From positions 7,648,001 through 7,712,000 of the forward strand of contig OY970303.1 in NCBI GenBank assembly GCA_963716255.1: 64,000 nucleotides of DNA. The letters run 5' to 3'. A program made the position numbers and the translations under genes. This stretch comes from an uncultured Gemmatimonadales bacterium (lineage in GTDB: Bacteria; Gemmatimonadota; Gemmatimonadetes; Longimicrobiales; Longimicrobiaceae). Position 1 is the first letter of the stretch; each line of letters begins with the position of its first letter. This document shows, one piece after another, positions 41,445 to 61,827 of the stretch. Under the pieces are notes generated by a model, which made no database searches, was not told the DNA's origin, and saw nothing but the letters and a program-made list of their open reading frames with translations.

Positions 41445-42557
41445 ATGTCCAACGTCTACGTGCTGTACACCGGCGGCACCATCGGCTGCGTCGGCGACCC
41501 GCTCGCGCCCATGTCCGGCCCCAGCTTCGCCCAGCTCGTCGCCTCCATGCCCGGCCTGGCGAACGGCGCGGTGACCGGCTACGCCGGCCTCACCTACACG
41601 GTGGAGTGGACCCCCCAGCCGCTCGACAGCTCCAACATGTCGCCGTCCGACTGGGTGGCCATCGCCCAGCAGCTCGCCGCGAACTACGCCGGCTACGACG
41701 GCTTCGTGGTGCTGCACGGCACCGACACCATGTCGTTCACGGCCTCCGCGCTGTCGTTCCTCTTCCAGGGGCTTTCCAAGCCGGTCATCCTCACCGGCTC
41801 GCAGCTCCCGCTGGCCAACACGCTCAACGACGCGCTCCCCAACCTGGTCGCCTCCATCGTCCTGGCGGGGACCACGCAGATCCCCGAAGTCTGCCTGTAC
41901 TTCGACTCGCTGCTGCTGCGGGGGAACCGCTCCGTCAAGGTGAACGCCAACCAGTTCGCCGGCTTCAACTCGCCCAACTTCCCGCCGCTGGCCACGGTGG
42001 GGACGGAGCTCACCATCAACTCCTCCCTGCTCCTCCCGCCGCCGGACTGGGGCTCCTCGCTCTCCAACCCCCCGGTGCTCGCCGCCCTCCAGGCGCAGCT
42101 CCAGGCGCTCGCCGCCAGCGTGCAGGAGTTCTCGATCATCGCGCTGGTGCTCTACCCCGGGATCCAGCCTTCCACGGTGAGCGGGATGTTCGACGGCACC
42201 AGCCCCTCGCTTTCCGGCGTGGTCCTGGAAGCGTTCGGGGAGGGGAACGGGCCCTCCAACCCCCAGTTCCTGGACGTGCTCTCCGCGGCCAATGCCGCCG
42301 GAGTCGTGCTGATGGACAACACCCAGGTGCTCACCGGCTCGGTGAACATCTCCGCGTACGCCACCGGCTCCGGGCTCGCCCAGGCCGGAGCCATCAGCGC
42401 CTACGACATGACGCCCGAAGCGTCGCTCACCAAGCTGGTCTACCTGTTCGGCAACGGGCTGTCCCCGGCCGCGGTGAAGACCGAGATGCAGCAGAGCCTG
42501 CGCGGCGAGATCACCCCGCCCGCCGGGGCCGCCACCACGTCGCTGCCGGTGTTCTGA
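41445..42557 (+). CDS. ansA: L-asparaginase/glutaminase, type I (cytoplasmic)
   Basis: YTGGTIG, DSSNM, VVLHGTDTM, KPVILTGSQ, LRGNRSVK, DMTPEASLTKL, LRGEIT. Confidence 0.9.
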   Translation: MSNVYVLYTGGTIGCVGDPLAPMSGPSFAQLVASMPGLANGAVTGYAGLTYTVEWTPQPLDSSNMSPSDWVAIAQQLAANYAGYDGFVVLHGTDTMSFTASALSFLFQGLSKPVILTGSQLPLANTLNDALPNLVASIVLAGTTQIPEVCLYFDSLLLRGNRSVKVNANQFAGFNSPNFPPLATVGTELTINSSLLLPPPDWGSSLSNPPVLAALQAQLQALAASVQEFSIIALVLYPGIQPSTVSGMFDGTSPSLSGVVLEAFGEGNGPSNPQFLDVLSAANAAGVVLMDNTQVLTGSVNISAYATGSGLAQAGAISAYDMTPEASLTKLVYLFGNGLSPAAVKTEMQQSLRGEITPPAGAATTSLPVF

Positions 42558-42602
42558 GCAGCCCGTCCGCACCCGGTTTGAACGGCATTGTACGGCGGGT
42601 AA

Positions 42603-42736
42603 GGGCGTGCCCCCGGCTGGCGCCGGGGTCGGGCTTCGGCTCCGTAGCAGACGAAACAACCGTCTGCAACGGAGTCGAGCCCCGGCGGAAACAGCCCCGC
42701 CGGGTCTCGCCCCTTCGGGCCGTAATCCCTCACGCG
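42603..42736 (+). repeat. Structured repeat family A, copy 4
   Basis: Same scaffold, with stem variant GCAGACG-AAACAAC-CGTCTGC. Confidence 0.9.
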
Positions 42737-42804
42737 GCTCCGTGCCTGGCCTCCACGTTCCGCGGGCGTGCGACGCACACGGATTCCGCATGACCTTCTT
42801 CCCA

Positions 42805-42853
42805 TGAAGACAGCGGGGCCGGCGGGATGATCCCGCCGGCCCCGCTGTCTTCA
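42805..42853. terminator. Perfect 23-bp inverted repeat downstream of NRPS-4 (probable terminator/stabiliser between convergent genes)
   Basis: TGAAGACAGCGGGGCCGGCGGGA-TGA-TCCCGCCGGCCCCGCTGTCTTCA. Confidence 0.7.
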
Positions 42854-42867
42854 CTGCGGCTCGACCG

Positions 42868-54534
<11,667 letters not shown>

Positions 54535-54833
54535 CCGTCCACGCGCGGGGCGCGGCCGGAGTTATCCCGCACGGATCGTTGCATCGCGGGGCGTCTCATC
54601 TGTTCACGGGTGGCGCCGTCCGTTCCTTCGTGTCCCCTTCAGGGCCCCACGGACCGCCCACCGCCGGGCAGCTCGTGACGGCAATTAACTTACCCCGTCG
54701 GGGAGGGTTTCGAAACCCCTCGCGGGGCGGCCGGACCCCGGCGGGCGGAGCGCGGGTACTCCAGGGCGCACCCGTCCCGGCCGCCGGAGCTCCCGGCCGG
54801 GCCCCGGCTCCCGCAGCGCCAGCCACGCCGCCC

Positions 54834-55721
54834 ATGAAGATCCCGGCCCGCCTCCTGCTCCTCGCCGCGGCGCTCGCCGCCGCCGGGGCGCCCGCGCCCG
54901 CCGCGGCGCAGGCCGAGCCGGCGCTCGCCTTCAACGTGCAGCCCTCCAGCGCGGGGCGGCTGCTGCCGCGCGTGCAGGAGGTGGGCGTGCGCCACGTCCG
55001 CGCCTCGTGGTGGGCGTGGAGCCGGCCGGCGGACTGGTCCTGGTACCCGCGCTACCGGCGCGCCGGCGTGGAGGTGCTGCCGCTCGTCTACGCCGGCCCC
55101 GGCGACCCCGCCACCGCCGCCGAGCGCATCGCCGCCCGCTACCGCGCCCTCTTCGACGCGTACGGCCCCTTCCCGTACGTGCAGCTGGACAACGAAGTGG
55201 ACGGCGACGGCCCCTTCGGCATCCCCGGCGGCGACCCGTACGCGCAGGGCCGCCGCTGGGGCGCGCAGATGAAGCGCGCGGCCCGGCTCATCCGCCGCTT
55301 CGACCCGGACGCAAAGTTCGTCAGCGCGGGCGTCGCCTGGAACCGCGAGGGGGTGCGCGACTGGCTGCGCGGCGTGGTGGAGGAGGGCGGGTTCGACGTG
55401 CTCGCCATCCACGTCTACGGCATCGGCCCCACCGGGGAGCCGCTGTCGCGCTGGCGGGCGGCGCGGCGCGCGGGGTGGAGGGGCCCCATCTGGGCCACCG
55501 AGCTGGGCGCGGACCACGCCCAGGCGCGCTACGTCAAGCGCGACCCGGACCAGTTCCAGGCCGAGCAGCTCCGCCGGACGCTCACCGAGGACGAGTCGCG
55601 CTTCGGCTACGAGCGGCTGTACTGGTTCCAGCTCACGCCCGATCCGGGCGGCTTCGGGATCCTCCGCGAGGACGGCACCCCGCGGCCGGCGTATACCTGG
55701 CTGCGGTCGCGTCGGCAGTGA
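54834..55721 (+). CDS. Secreted glycoside hydrolase-like protein (clan GH-A TIM barrel-like)
   Basis: Signal peptide MKIPARLLLLAAALAAAG..AAAQ; QLDNE (acid/base-like), FDVLAIHVY, IWATELG (nucleophile-like), FGIL..DGTPRPAY. Confidence 0.7.
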   Translation: MKIPARLLLLAAALAAAGAPAPAAAQAEPALAFNVQPSSAGRLLPRVQEVGVRHVRASWWAWSRPADWSWYPRYRRAGVEVLPLVYAGPGDPATAAERIAARYRALFDAYGPFPYVQLDNEVDGDGPFGIPGGDPYAQGRRWGAQMKRAARLIRRFDPDAKFVSAGVAWNREGVRDWLRGVVEEGGFDVLAIHVYGIGPTGEPLSRWRAARRAGWRGPIWATELGADHAQARYVKRDPDQFQAEQLRRTLTEDESRFGYERLYWFQLTPDPGGFGILREDGTPRPAYTWLRSRRQ

Positions 55722-55744
55722 ATGGCTCGTTGAACGGCGGGGTT

Positions 55745-55874
55745 GGGCGTGCCCCCGGCTGGCGCCGGGGTCGGGCTTCGGCTCCGTAAAGCAGCAAACA
55801 ACGCTGCTTAACGGAGTCGAGCCCCGCGAAACTGCCCGCGGGTCTCGCCCCTCCGGGCCGAAATCCCTCACGCG
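55745..55874 (+). repeat. Structured repeat family A, copy 5
   Basis: Same scaffold, with stem variant AAGCAGC-AAACAAC-GCTGCTT. Confidence 0.9.
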
Positions 55875-55908
55875 GGCATCGCGCTGGCGTCCGCGCGTGC
55901 CGGATCCC

Positions 55909-55974
55909 GAGGGACAGGAAGCCCTCCCCCAGAATTGGGGGAGGGTGGCGGCTCTCAGGCCGCCGGGTGGGGGC
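55909..55974 (+). repeat. Repeat family B, second-hairpin half copy
   Basis: GAGGGACAGGAAGCCCTCCCCCAGAATTGGGGGAGGGTGGCGGC..GCCGGGTGGGGGC. Confidence 0.8.
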
Positions 55975-56094
55975 CGCTGTCGCCCGTCCCGCCCGCGAAG
56001 TAGAATGCTGCGCTCCTCCAGGACGGACGCCGTGCGGCGCGCGCCGCATCTCGCGGGCCGGCATCAACCATCCATCCACCCGACACGACCGAAC

Positions 56095-57651
56095 ATGCCA
56101 CACCTCAGGAGCGCCGCGCTCGCGCTCGCCTGCCTCTGGAGCGTGCCCGCCGCGGCGCAGCTCCGCTACACCGTGGACGTGCGCGAGCCCGCCAGCCACA
56201 GCGCGCGGGTCACGCTGCGGGTGGACTCGCTTCCGGCGGGGGACAGCGTCTTCCAGTTCGCCGCGACGGCGCCGGGGACGTACCAGACCATGAACATCGG
56301 GCGGTTCGTGCGCGACCTGCGCGCCACGGACGCGCGCGGGCGCGTGGTCCCCACGCGCCAGATCTCGGTCAACGCCTGGGCGATCTCCAGGCCGTCGCGG
56401 GTGCGCCAGGTGCGGTACCGGGTGCTGGACACCTGGAACACGCCCGTGGCCGAGTTCCCCATCTACCCCATGGCGGGCACGGCGATCGAGCCGGACCACG
56501 CGCTGCTCAACGCGCACGCGCTGCTCGGCTTCCCGCAGAGCATGCAGGGCTCGCGCGTCACCGTGAAGCTGCTGCACCCGCGCGGGTGGACGGTGGAGAC
56601 CCCGCTGCGCGAGGGGCCGCAGGGCTACGAGGCGGACAGCTACGACCACGCCGTGGACTCGCCCTTCCTGCTGGGGCGCAGCCTGTCCACCGCGAGCCTG
56701 GACGTCACCGGCGTGCCGGTGAGGATCGCCGTGTATTCGCCCGGCGAGCGGGTCTCGGCGGGGCAGCTCCGCGACGCCATGCGCGGCACGCTGCTGGCCG
56801 CCGGCCGCTTCCTGGGGCGCCTGCCCGTGGACCGCTACGTCTTCCTGTTCCGCTTCGCCCCCCCGAAGGAGGGGCAGGCGATGGGCGCGTGGGAGCACGG
56901 CCAGAGCTCCGAGTACGTCCTCCCCGACAAGCCCGACACCACCGGCGTCGGGGCCGGCACCACCAGCATCGCCGCCCACGAGTTCTTCCACGTGGTCACC
57001 CCGCTCAACATCCACTCCGAGATCATCGAGCACTTCGACTTCGAGACCCCCACCCCCTCGGAGCACCTGTGGCTGTACGAGGGCGTCACCGAGTGGGCGT
57101 CCGACAAGATGCAGCAGGAGGCCGGGCTCATGACGCTCGACACCTACCTGGGAGAGGTCGCGGGCAAGATCATGACGGACCGCGAGCGCTTCGACACCAC
57201 CTACTCGCTGTCCCGGCTCGCGGCCACCTCGTTCACCGCCGAGGGAGCCCAGCAGTACGGCAACATCTACCAGCGCGGCGCCGTGGTCGCCGGCCTGCTC
57301 GACATCCGCCTGCTCCAGCTCTCCGGCGGCCGCGACGGGCTGCGCAACCTGCTGGTGGACCTGGCGCGCGACTACGGCAAGGCGCGGCCGTTCCCGGAGG
57401 ATTCCCTCTTCCGCATCATCGCCGCGCGCACCTCGCCCGAGGTGCTGGACTTCTTCGCGCGCTACGTGCAGGGCAACGAGCGGCTGCCGGTCAGGGAGTA
57501 CTACGCCCTGCTCGGCATCGACGTGGTGGAGAACGCGCAGGGGACGCCCACCGGCTTCGTCGTCAAGCCCGACGCCACGCCGGAGCAGCGCCGCCTGCGC
57601 GACGCCTGGCTCCAGGGCGGCACCGACGCGGTGGAAAAGGCCGCCGCGTAG
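56095..57651 (+). CDS. M61-like zinc metallopeptidase, secreted
   Basis: Signal peptide; GAWEHGQSS, AAHEFFH (HExxH), HLWLYEGVTEW, IYQRGA. Confidence 0.85.
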   Translation: MPHLRSAALALACLWSVPAAAQLRYTVDVREPASHSARVTLRVDSLPAGDSVFQFAATAPGTYQTMNIGRFVRDLRATDARGRVVPTRQISVNAWAISRPSRVRQVRYRVLDTWNTPVAEFPIYPMAGTAIEPDHALLNAHALLGFPQSMQGSRVTVKLLHPRGWTVETPLREGPQGYEADSYDHAVDSPFLLGRSLSTASLDVTGVPVRIAVYSPGERVSAGQLRDAMRGTLLAAGRFLGRLPVDRYVFLFRFAPPKEGQAMGAWEHGQSSEYVLPDKPDTTGVGAGTTSIAAHEFFHVVTPLNIHSEIIEHFDFETPTPSEHLWLYEGVTEWASDKMQQEAGLMTLDTYLGEVAGKIMTDRERFDTTYSLSRLAATSFTAEGAQQYGNIYQRGAVVAGLLDIRLLQLSGGRDGLRNLLVDLARDYGKARPFPEDSLFRIIAARTSPEVLDFFARYVQGNERLPVREYYALLGIDVVENAQGTPTGFVVKPDATPEQRRLRDAWLQGGTDAVEKAAA

Positions 57652-57688
57652 CGGCGCCCGCCTCGCGGCCGGCCACAGCAGGCCGCGG

Positions 57689-57728
57689 CGGGCCCGCTCC
57701 CACTCGGGGGGCGGGCCCGTCTCGTTTC
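57689..57728 (+). terminator. Probable intrinsic terminator after the peptidase
   Basis: CGGGCCCGCTCCC..GGGGGCGGGCCCG hairpin followed by TCTCGTTTC. Confidence 0.5.
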
Positions 57729-57810
57729 TCCGCTCCCCGCGCGTTATCGTGTCCCGGGCGGGTGCACCCCGCGCCGCCGCCGCTCCGGTGAGCCTCGTTC
57801 CCACGCGAGC

Positions 57811-58230
57811 ATGAAGATGGAAGTGATCCGCGACCTCGCCGAGTTCCGGTCCCCCCGGTTCGCGCCCGTGCTGCCGGAGGAGCGCCAGGTGAACCCGGGC
57901 GTCTACGGGGCCGAGCTGGCGTTCTGGCTGTGCACCCGCCTGTGCGCGGAGAAGGGAATTGCGACCAGCTATCCCGACGCCGAGGACTGGGGGTGGCTCC
58001 TCGGCTGGTCCACGGCCGGCGGTGACCAGTTCGCCCTCCACTGCGGCAACGTGGACGGGACCAACGACCGCTGGCTCCTTTCACTGCGACGCTTCGGGCG
58101 CGGGCTTTTCGGCCGAGACAAGCCGGACTTCGCGCGGGCGGAAGGGCTCGTGAAGGCGGTGCGCGAGCTCCTGGAGGCCGAGGAGAGCGTTTCCGAGCTC
58201 GAGTGGCGCTTCGACGACGCGTCCGGGTGA
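57811..58230 (+). CDS. Hypothetical protein
   Basis: Protein-like ORF (VNPGVYGAELAFWL, EDWGWLL) in the coding-type frame; no function recognised. Confidence 0.7.
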   Translation: MKMEVIRDLAEFRSPRFAPVLPEERQVNPGVYGAELAFWLCTRLCAEKGIATSYPDAEDWGWLLGWSTAGGDQFALHCGNVDGTNDRWLLSLRRFGRGLFGRDKPDFARAEGLVKAVRELLEAEESVSELEWRFDDASG

Positions 58231-58294
58231 CGAGCCGCCGGCCACGCGGGAATGCGGAGCCTCCGGAATGAACCCCTGCATCCCAGGCAGATCC

Positions 58295-59170
58295 ATGGCT
58301 GTACCCGCCCGTCCCCGCTTCGCGACCCTCGCGCCGGCTCTGTGCCTCCTCGCGCTCCCGGCGGCGGCGCAGGAGCGCAGGGTGGCGGACGTGCCGTTCG
58401 TCCCCACGCCCATGGAGGCGGTGGACGTGATCCTGGACCTCGCCGCCGTCACCTCCGCCGACGTGGTCTACGACCTGGGCTCCGGCGACGGCCGCATCCC
58501 CATCGCCGCGGCGCGGCGGCGCGGCGCGCGGGGGATGGGCATCGACATCGACCCCGCGCTGGTGCGCCTGGCCGAGGAGAACGCCCGCGCCGCCGGCGTG
58601 GCCGACCGCGTCCGCTTCGTCCGCGGCGACCTGTTCCAGGCGGACCTGCGCCCGGCGACGGTGGTCACCCTGTACCTGCTTTCCAGCCTCAACCTGCGCC
58701 TGCGGCCGCTGCTCCTGGAGCGGCTGCGCCCCGGGACGCGCGTGGTCAGCAACTCCTTCGGAATGGGGGAGTGGCGGCCGGACAGCGTGGTGGTGGTGGA
58801 GCGCCCCGGCGGCGACTTCGGGCCCCGCATCTACTTCTGGGTGGTCCCCGCCCGCGTCGCGGGAGCCTGGGAGCTGGACGTGGCCGGCCGGTCGCTGGCG
58901 CTGGAGGTCCGCCAGTCGTTCCAGCGCTTCGAGGCCACCGTCCACGCGGGAGGGAAGGCATACCCGGTGGAGGACCCGCTGCTCCGCGGCGACAGCATCG
59001 CCTTCACGGTGCGCCTCCCCGGCGGCAGCGGCGGGGACGCCGTGCCGCGGCGCTTCGCCGGGCGGGTGATGGACGACAACATCATCGGCACGCTCGCCTC
59101 CGGCGGCGCCTGGTTCGCCCGGCGCGGCGCGGCCCGGCGCCCGGACTCCGCACTGGCCGGGCCCCCGTGA
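58295..59170 (+). CDS. Class I SAM-dependent methyltransferase with signal-peptide-like N-terminus
   Basis: DVPFVPTP, VYDLGSGDGRI, GIDID, GDLFQADL, TVVTLYL, PGTRVVSN; start could also be 58268. Confidence 0.85.
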   Translation: MAVPARPRFATLAPALCLLALPAAAQERRVADVPFVPTPMEAVDVILDLAAVTSADVVYDLGSGDGRIPIAAARRRGARGMGIDIDPALVRLAEENARAAGVADRVRFVRGDLFQADLRPATVVTLYLLSSLNLRLRPLLLERLRPGTRVVSNSFGMGEWRPDSVVVVERPGGDFGPRIYFWVVPARVAGAWELDVAGRSLALEVRQSFQRFEATVHAGGKAYPVEDPLLRGDSIAFTVRLPGGSGGDAVPRRFAGRVMDDNIIGTLASGGAWFARRGAARRPDSALAGPP

Positions 59171-60309
59171 CCGGCGGGGAAGCGGCGCCGGAGCTGACCG
59201 CGGCGCAGCGGGAAGCCATCGCGCACGTGACCCGGGTCGCGCGCGAGCGGCGGGCGGGCGCGCGCGCGGAGCTGCTCGCCTCGCTGCGCGCGGCCGGCGT
59301 CGCGGAGGCGGACCGGGGCGAGGCGATGCAGCGCCTCCGCGGCCAGGGCCGGGTGGCCTTCGCCTTCCACCCGGAGCGGCTGAGCCGCGGCGGCCGCAGC
59401 GTCGCCCACGGGCTGCTGGCGGACGGGGTGTACCGGAACCAGTTCGAGACCGGCGTGTCCGGCGGGAGCGCGAGCGCCTTCGCCGGGGGCGCCCGGGACG
59501 AGTGGGAGCGCCGGCTCTTCGGGGGGGCGTACCACCGCCCCGGGGTCGCCCCCGCAGACCGCCCCACGTACGGCGCGCTCTTCCTGGTCGCGCACCCGGA
59601 CGGCCCCGCTCCGCGCTTCGGCTCGTGCTACCTGGTGCTCCGGCCCCAGGTCACGGCGCGCTGCACCTTCACCTTCCCCGGCAGCCAGGACGACGCGGCC
59701 CGCGAGGGGTCGGGCACGCTGGAGGTCCCCGAGCCCGTGGCGGCGGCCCTGCTGCGCCACGTGGAGGTGGACCCCGCGCCGCTGGGCGTGCCCGGCCTCG
59801 CCGTGGGCGAGCTGGTGGGGGCGATGCGCGCGGGCGTGCCCTGCGCCCCGCGCGGCGCCCGGGGCGGCGGCCCCGGGCGCGCGCTGGACAGCTTCGTGGA
59901 GGCCCAGGTGCACGGCCCCGTGGAGCTCGCGCGCGACGCCGAGCGCCTGGTGGCCGACTCCGCCTTTCGCGGGACCCCGGTCGCCGACGTCCTCGCCCGG
60001 ATCGCGTCCACCCACGGCATCTCCCTGGCCTGGCACCCCGGCTTCGCGCTCGCGGCCGCGGACGTCCCCGCCACCTTCCGCGGCTTTCCCACCCGCCGCC
60101 TCGCGGAGCGCATCGCGCCCTGCGCGACCCTCGACGCCCCCCGGATCGGCGCCGCGCACAACGACTTCGCGGCGAACCCCGGAGCGTGGGCGGAGTTCGG
60201 CACCCCCTCCGAGGTGCGCGCCTGCTTCCGCCGCCTGTGGCACGTCCTGGTGCTGTCGGGCGGCCCCGCGGCGAGTCCACCCGCGGACGCCAGCACCACC
60301 ACCGCGTGA
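59167..60309 (+). CDS. DUF3626-like protein
   Basis: GTG overlaps the upstream stop; FHPERL, YRNQFETGVSGG, RPTYGAL, PRFGSCYL, FVEAQVHG. Confidence 0.7.
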   Translation: MTGGEAAPELTAAQREAIAHVTRVARERRAGARAELLASLRAAGVAEADRGEAMQRLRGQGRVAFAFHPERLSRGGRSVAHGLLADGVYRNQFETGVSGGSASAFAGGARDEWERRLFGGAYHRPGVAPADRPTYGALFLVAHPDGPAPRFGSCYLVLRPQVTARCTFTFPGSQDDAAREGSGTLEVPEPVAAALLRHVEVDPAPLGVPGLAVGELVGAMRAGVPCAPRGARGGGPGRALDSFVEAQVHGPVELARDAERLVADSAFRGTPVADVLARIASTHGISLAWHPGFALAAADVPATFRGFPTRRLAERIAPCATLDAPRIGAAHNDFAANPGAWAEFGTPSEVRACFRRLWHVLVLSGGPAASPPADASTTTA

Positions 60310-60436
60310 GGGATTACGGCCCGAAGGGGCGAGACCCGGCGGGGCTGTTTCCGCCGGGGCTCGACTCCGTAAGCCCGCGTTGTTTGCGGGCTTACGGAGC
60401 CGAAGCCCGACCCCGGCGCCAGCCGGGGACACGCCC
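60303..60436 (-). repeat. Structured repeat family A, copy 6
   Basis: Near-exact reverse complement of copy 2; overlaps the stop codon of the DUF3626-like gene. Confidence 0.92.
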
Positions 60437-60527
60437 GAACCCGCCGTCGCCGTCAGCCGTTCCTCCCCGATCTCTCCCCCCGAAAACAACTTGCCCCTCC
60501 CGAACGATCGTTCGAATGCATGCAGTA

Positions 60528-60547
60528 CGTTCAGTATTGACTAAACG
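60528..60547. promoter_or_regulatory. Putative operator CGTTCAG-N6-CTAAACG upstream of regulator 1
   Basis: Imperfect palindrome in an AT-richer intergenic region; similar to 61107-61124. Confidence 0.5.
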
Positions 60548-60602
60548 ATCCTCACACGCTATCCTTCACCCCGAGGAAAAACACCATCCAGCACCCACGC
60601 AG

Positions 60603-61061
60603 ATGCCCGACGCAACCAACGCGTTCATCGAGACCATGGGCCGGCACTTCGAGGAGGAGGGCATCCCGCGCATCGCCGGGCGCCTCTTCGGGCTGCTGAT
60701 GGTGAACGAGGACCCCTGCTCGCTGGACGACATGGCGGACCGCCTGCAGGTGAGCAAGGGAAGCGTGAGCTCCAACTCGCGCATGCTGGAGCAGTGGGGC
60801 GTCGCCGAGCGCGTCACCCGGCCGGGGGACCGCCGCGACTACTACCACCTGGCCGACGACATGGAGTCGCGCATCCTGGAGCGCCAGATGGAGCACGTGG
60901 TGAGGATGCGCGGGCGCCTCCGCGAGGGGCTGGCGAGCATGCCGGACGCTTCGGAGGCGGTGCGCGAGCGGTTCCGCGCCGCGATCGCCTTCCAGGAGAA
61001 CACGCTGGAAGCGCTGGGCGAGGCGCTGGGCCGGGTCCGCGGCGGCACACAGGGCCGGTAG
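60603..61061 (+). CDS. GbsR/MarR family transcriptional regulator
   Basis: FIETMGRHFEEEGIPRIAGRLFGLL..SLDDMADRLQVSKGSVSSN..PGDRRDYY. Confidence 0.88.
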   Translation: MPDATNAFIETMGRHFEEEGIPRIAGRLFGLLMVNEDPCSLDDMADRLQVSKGSVSSNSRMLEQWGVAERVTRPGDRRDYYHLADDMESRILERQMEHVVRMRGRLREGLASMPDASEAVRERFRAAIAFQENTLEALGEALGRVRGGTQGR

Positions 61062-61106
61062 CGGCGGGACGCAGGGACGGGGCGGGAGGACGGGCGTGCG
61101 GACTTT

Positions 61107-61124
61107 GTTCAGTGGATGCTGAAC
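61107..61124. promoter_or_regulatory. Putative operator GTTCAG-N6-CTGAAC upstream of regulator 2
   Basis: Perfect 6-bp inverted half-sites 25 bp upstream of the start codon. Confidence 0.55.
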
Positions 61125-61149
61125 GAACTGCACGCAGAACACGTAGCAG

Positions 61150-61638
61150 ATGACCAACCGGATGCAGGCGACGGACGAGCAGTTCGTGGAAAAGCTGGGC
61201 CGCTTCTTCGAGGCCGAGGGCGCGCCCCGCACCGCCGGGAGGCTGCTGGGGCTGATGCTCCTGACGCCCGGCGAGCTGGCGCTGGACGAGATCGCCGAGC
61301 GGCTGCAGGTGAGCAAGGCGAGCGTCAGCACCAACGCCCGCCAGATGGAGGTGAGCGGGGTGCTGGAGCGGGTCAGCCACCCGGGCGACCGGCGCGACTA
61401 CTACCGCATTCCCCACGACATCGCGGCGCGGCTGCTGGACCGGCACCTGGACCGGATCCGCCGGCTCAACCAGCTGCTGGAGGAGGGGGCGGCCACCGAG
61501 GCCGCCTCGGACGAGCGCATCGGGGAGCGCTTCCGCCGCCTGGAAAGCTTCCAGGCGTGCGCGGCCGGCGCGCTGGAGAGCGCGGTGCGCGGCATCGGCG
61601 CGGGGGCCGGCGCCGGGGAGGACGGCCATGTTTCCTGA
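61150..61638 (+). CDS. GbsR/MarR family transcriptional regulator (paralog)
   Basis: FVEKLGRFFEAEGAPRTAGRLLGL..LDEIAERLQVSKASVSTN..PGDRRDYY. Confidence 0.88.
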   Translation: MTNRMQATDEQFVEKLGRFFEAEGAPRTAGRLLGLMLLTPGELALDEIAERLQVSKASVSTNARQMEVSGVLERVSHPGDRRDYYRIPHDIAARLLDRHLDRIRRLNQLLEEGAATEAASDERIGERFRRLESFQACAAGALESAVRGIGAGAGAGEDGHVS

Positions 61639-61827
61639 TCCGAACCCCGCGGCAGGGCGCCGCCTCCTGCTGATGGTGGGCGCGCCGCCGCTGGGCCCCC
61701 TGCCGCAGCGCACGTCGCTGCGGAGCGCGCTCCGCAGCGGGCGCGACACGCTCGCGGCGCTCGCCTGGCCGGCGCCGCCGGCCGCTGACGACTACACGTT
61801 CGGGCGCGACTGCGCCCTGGAGGAAGG

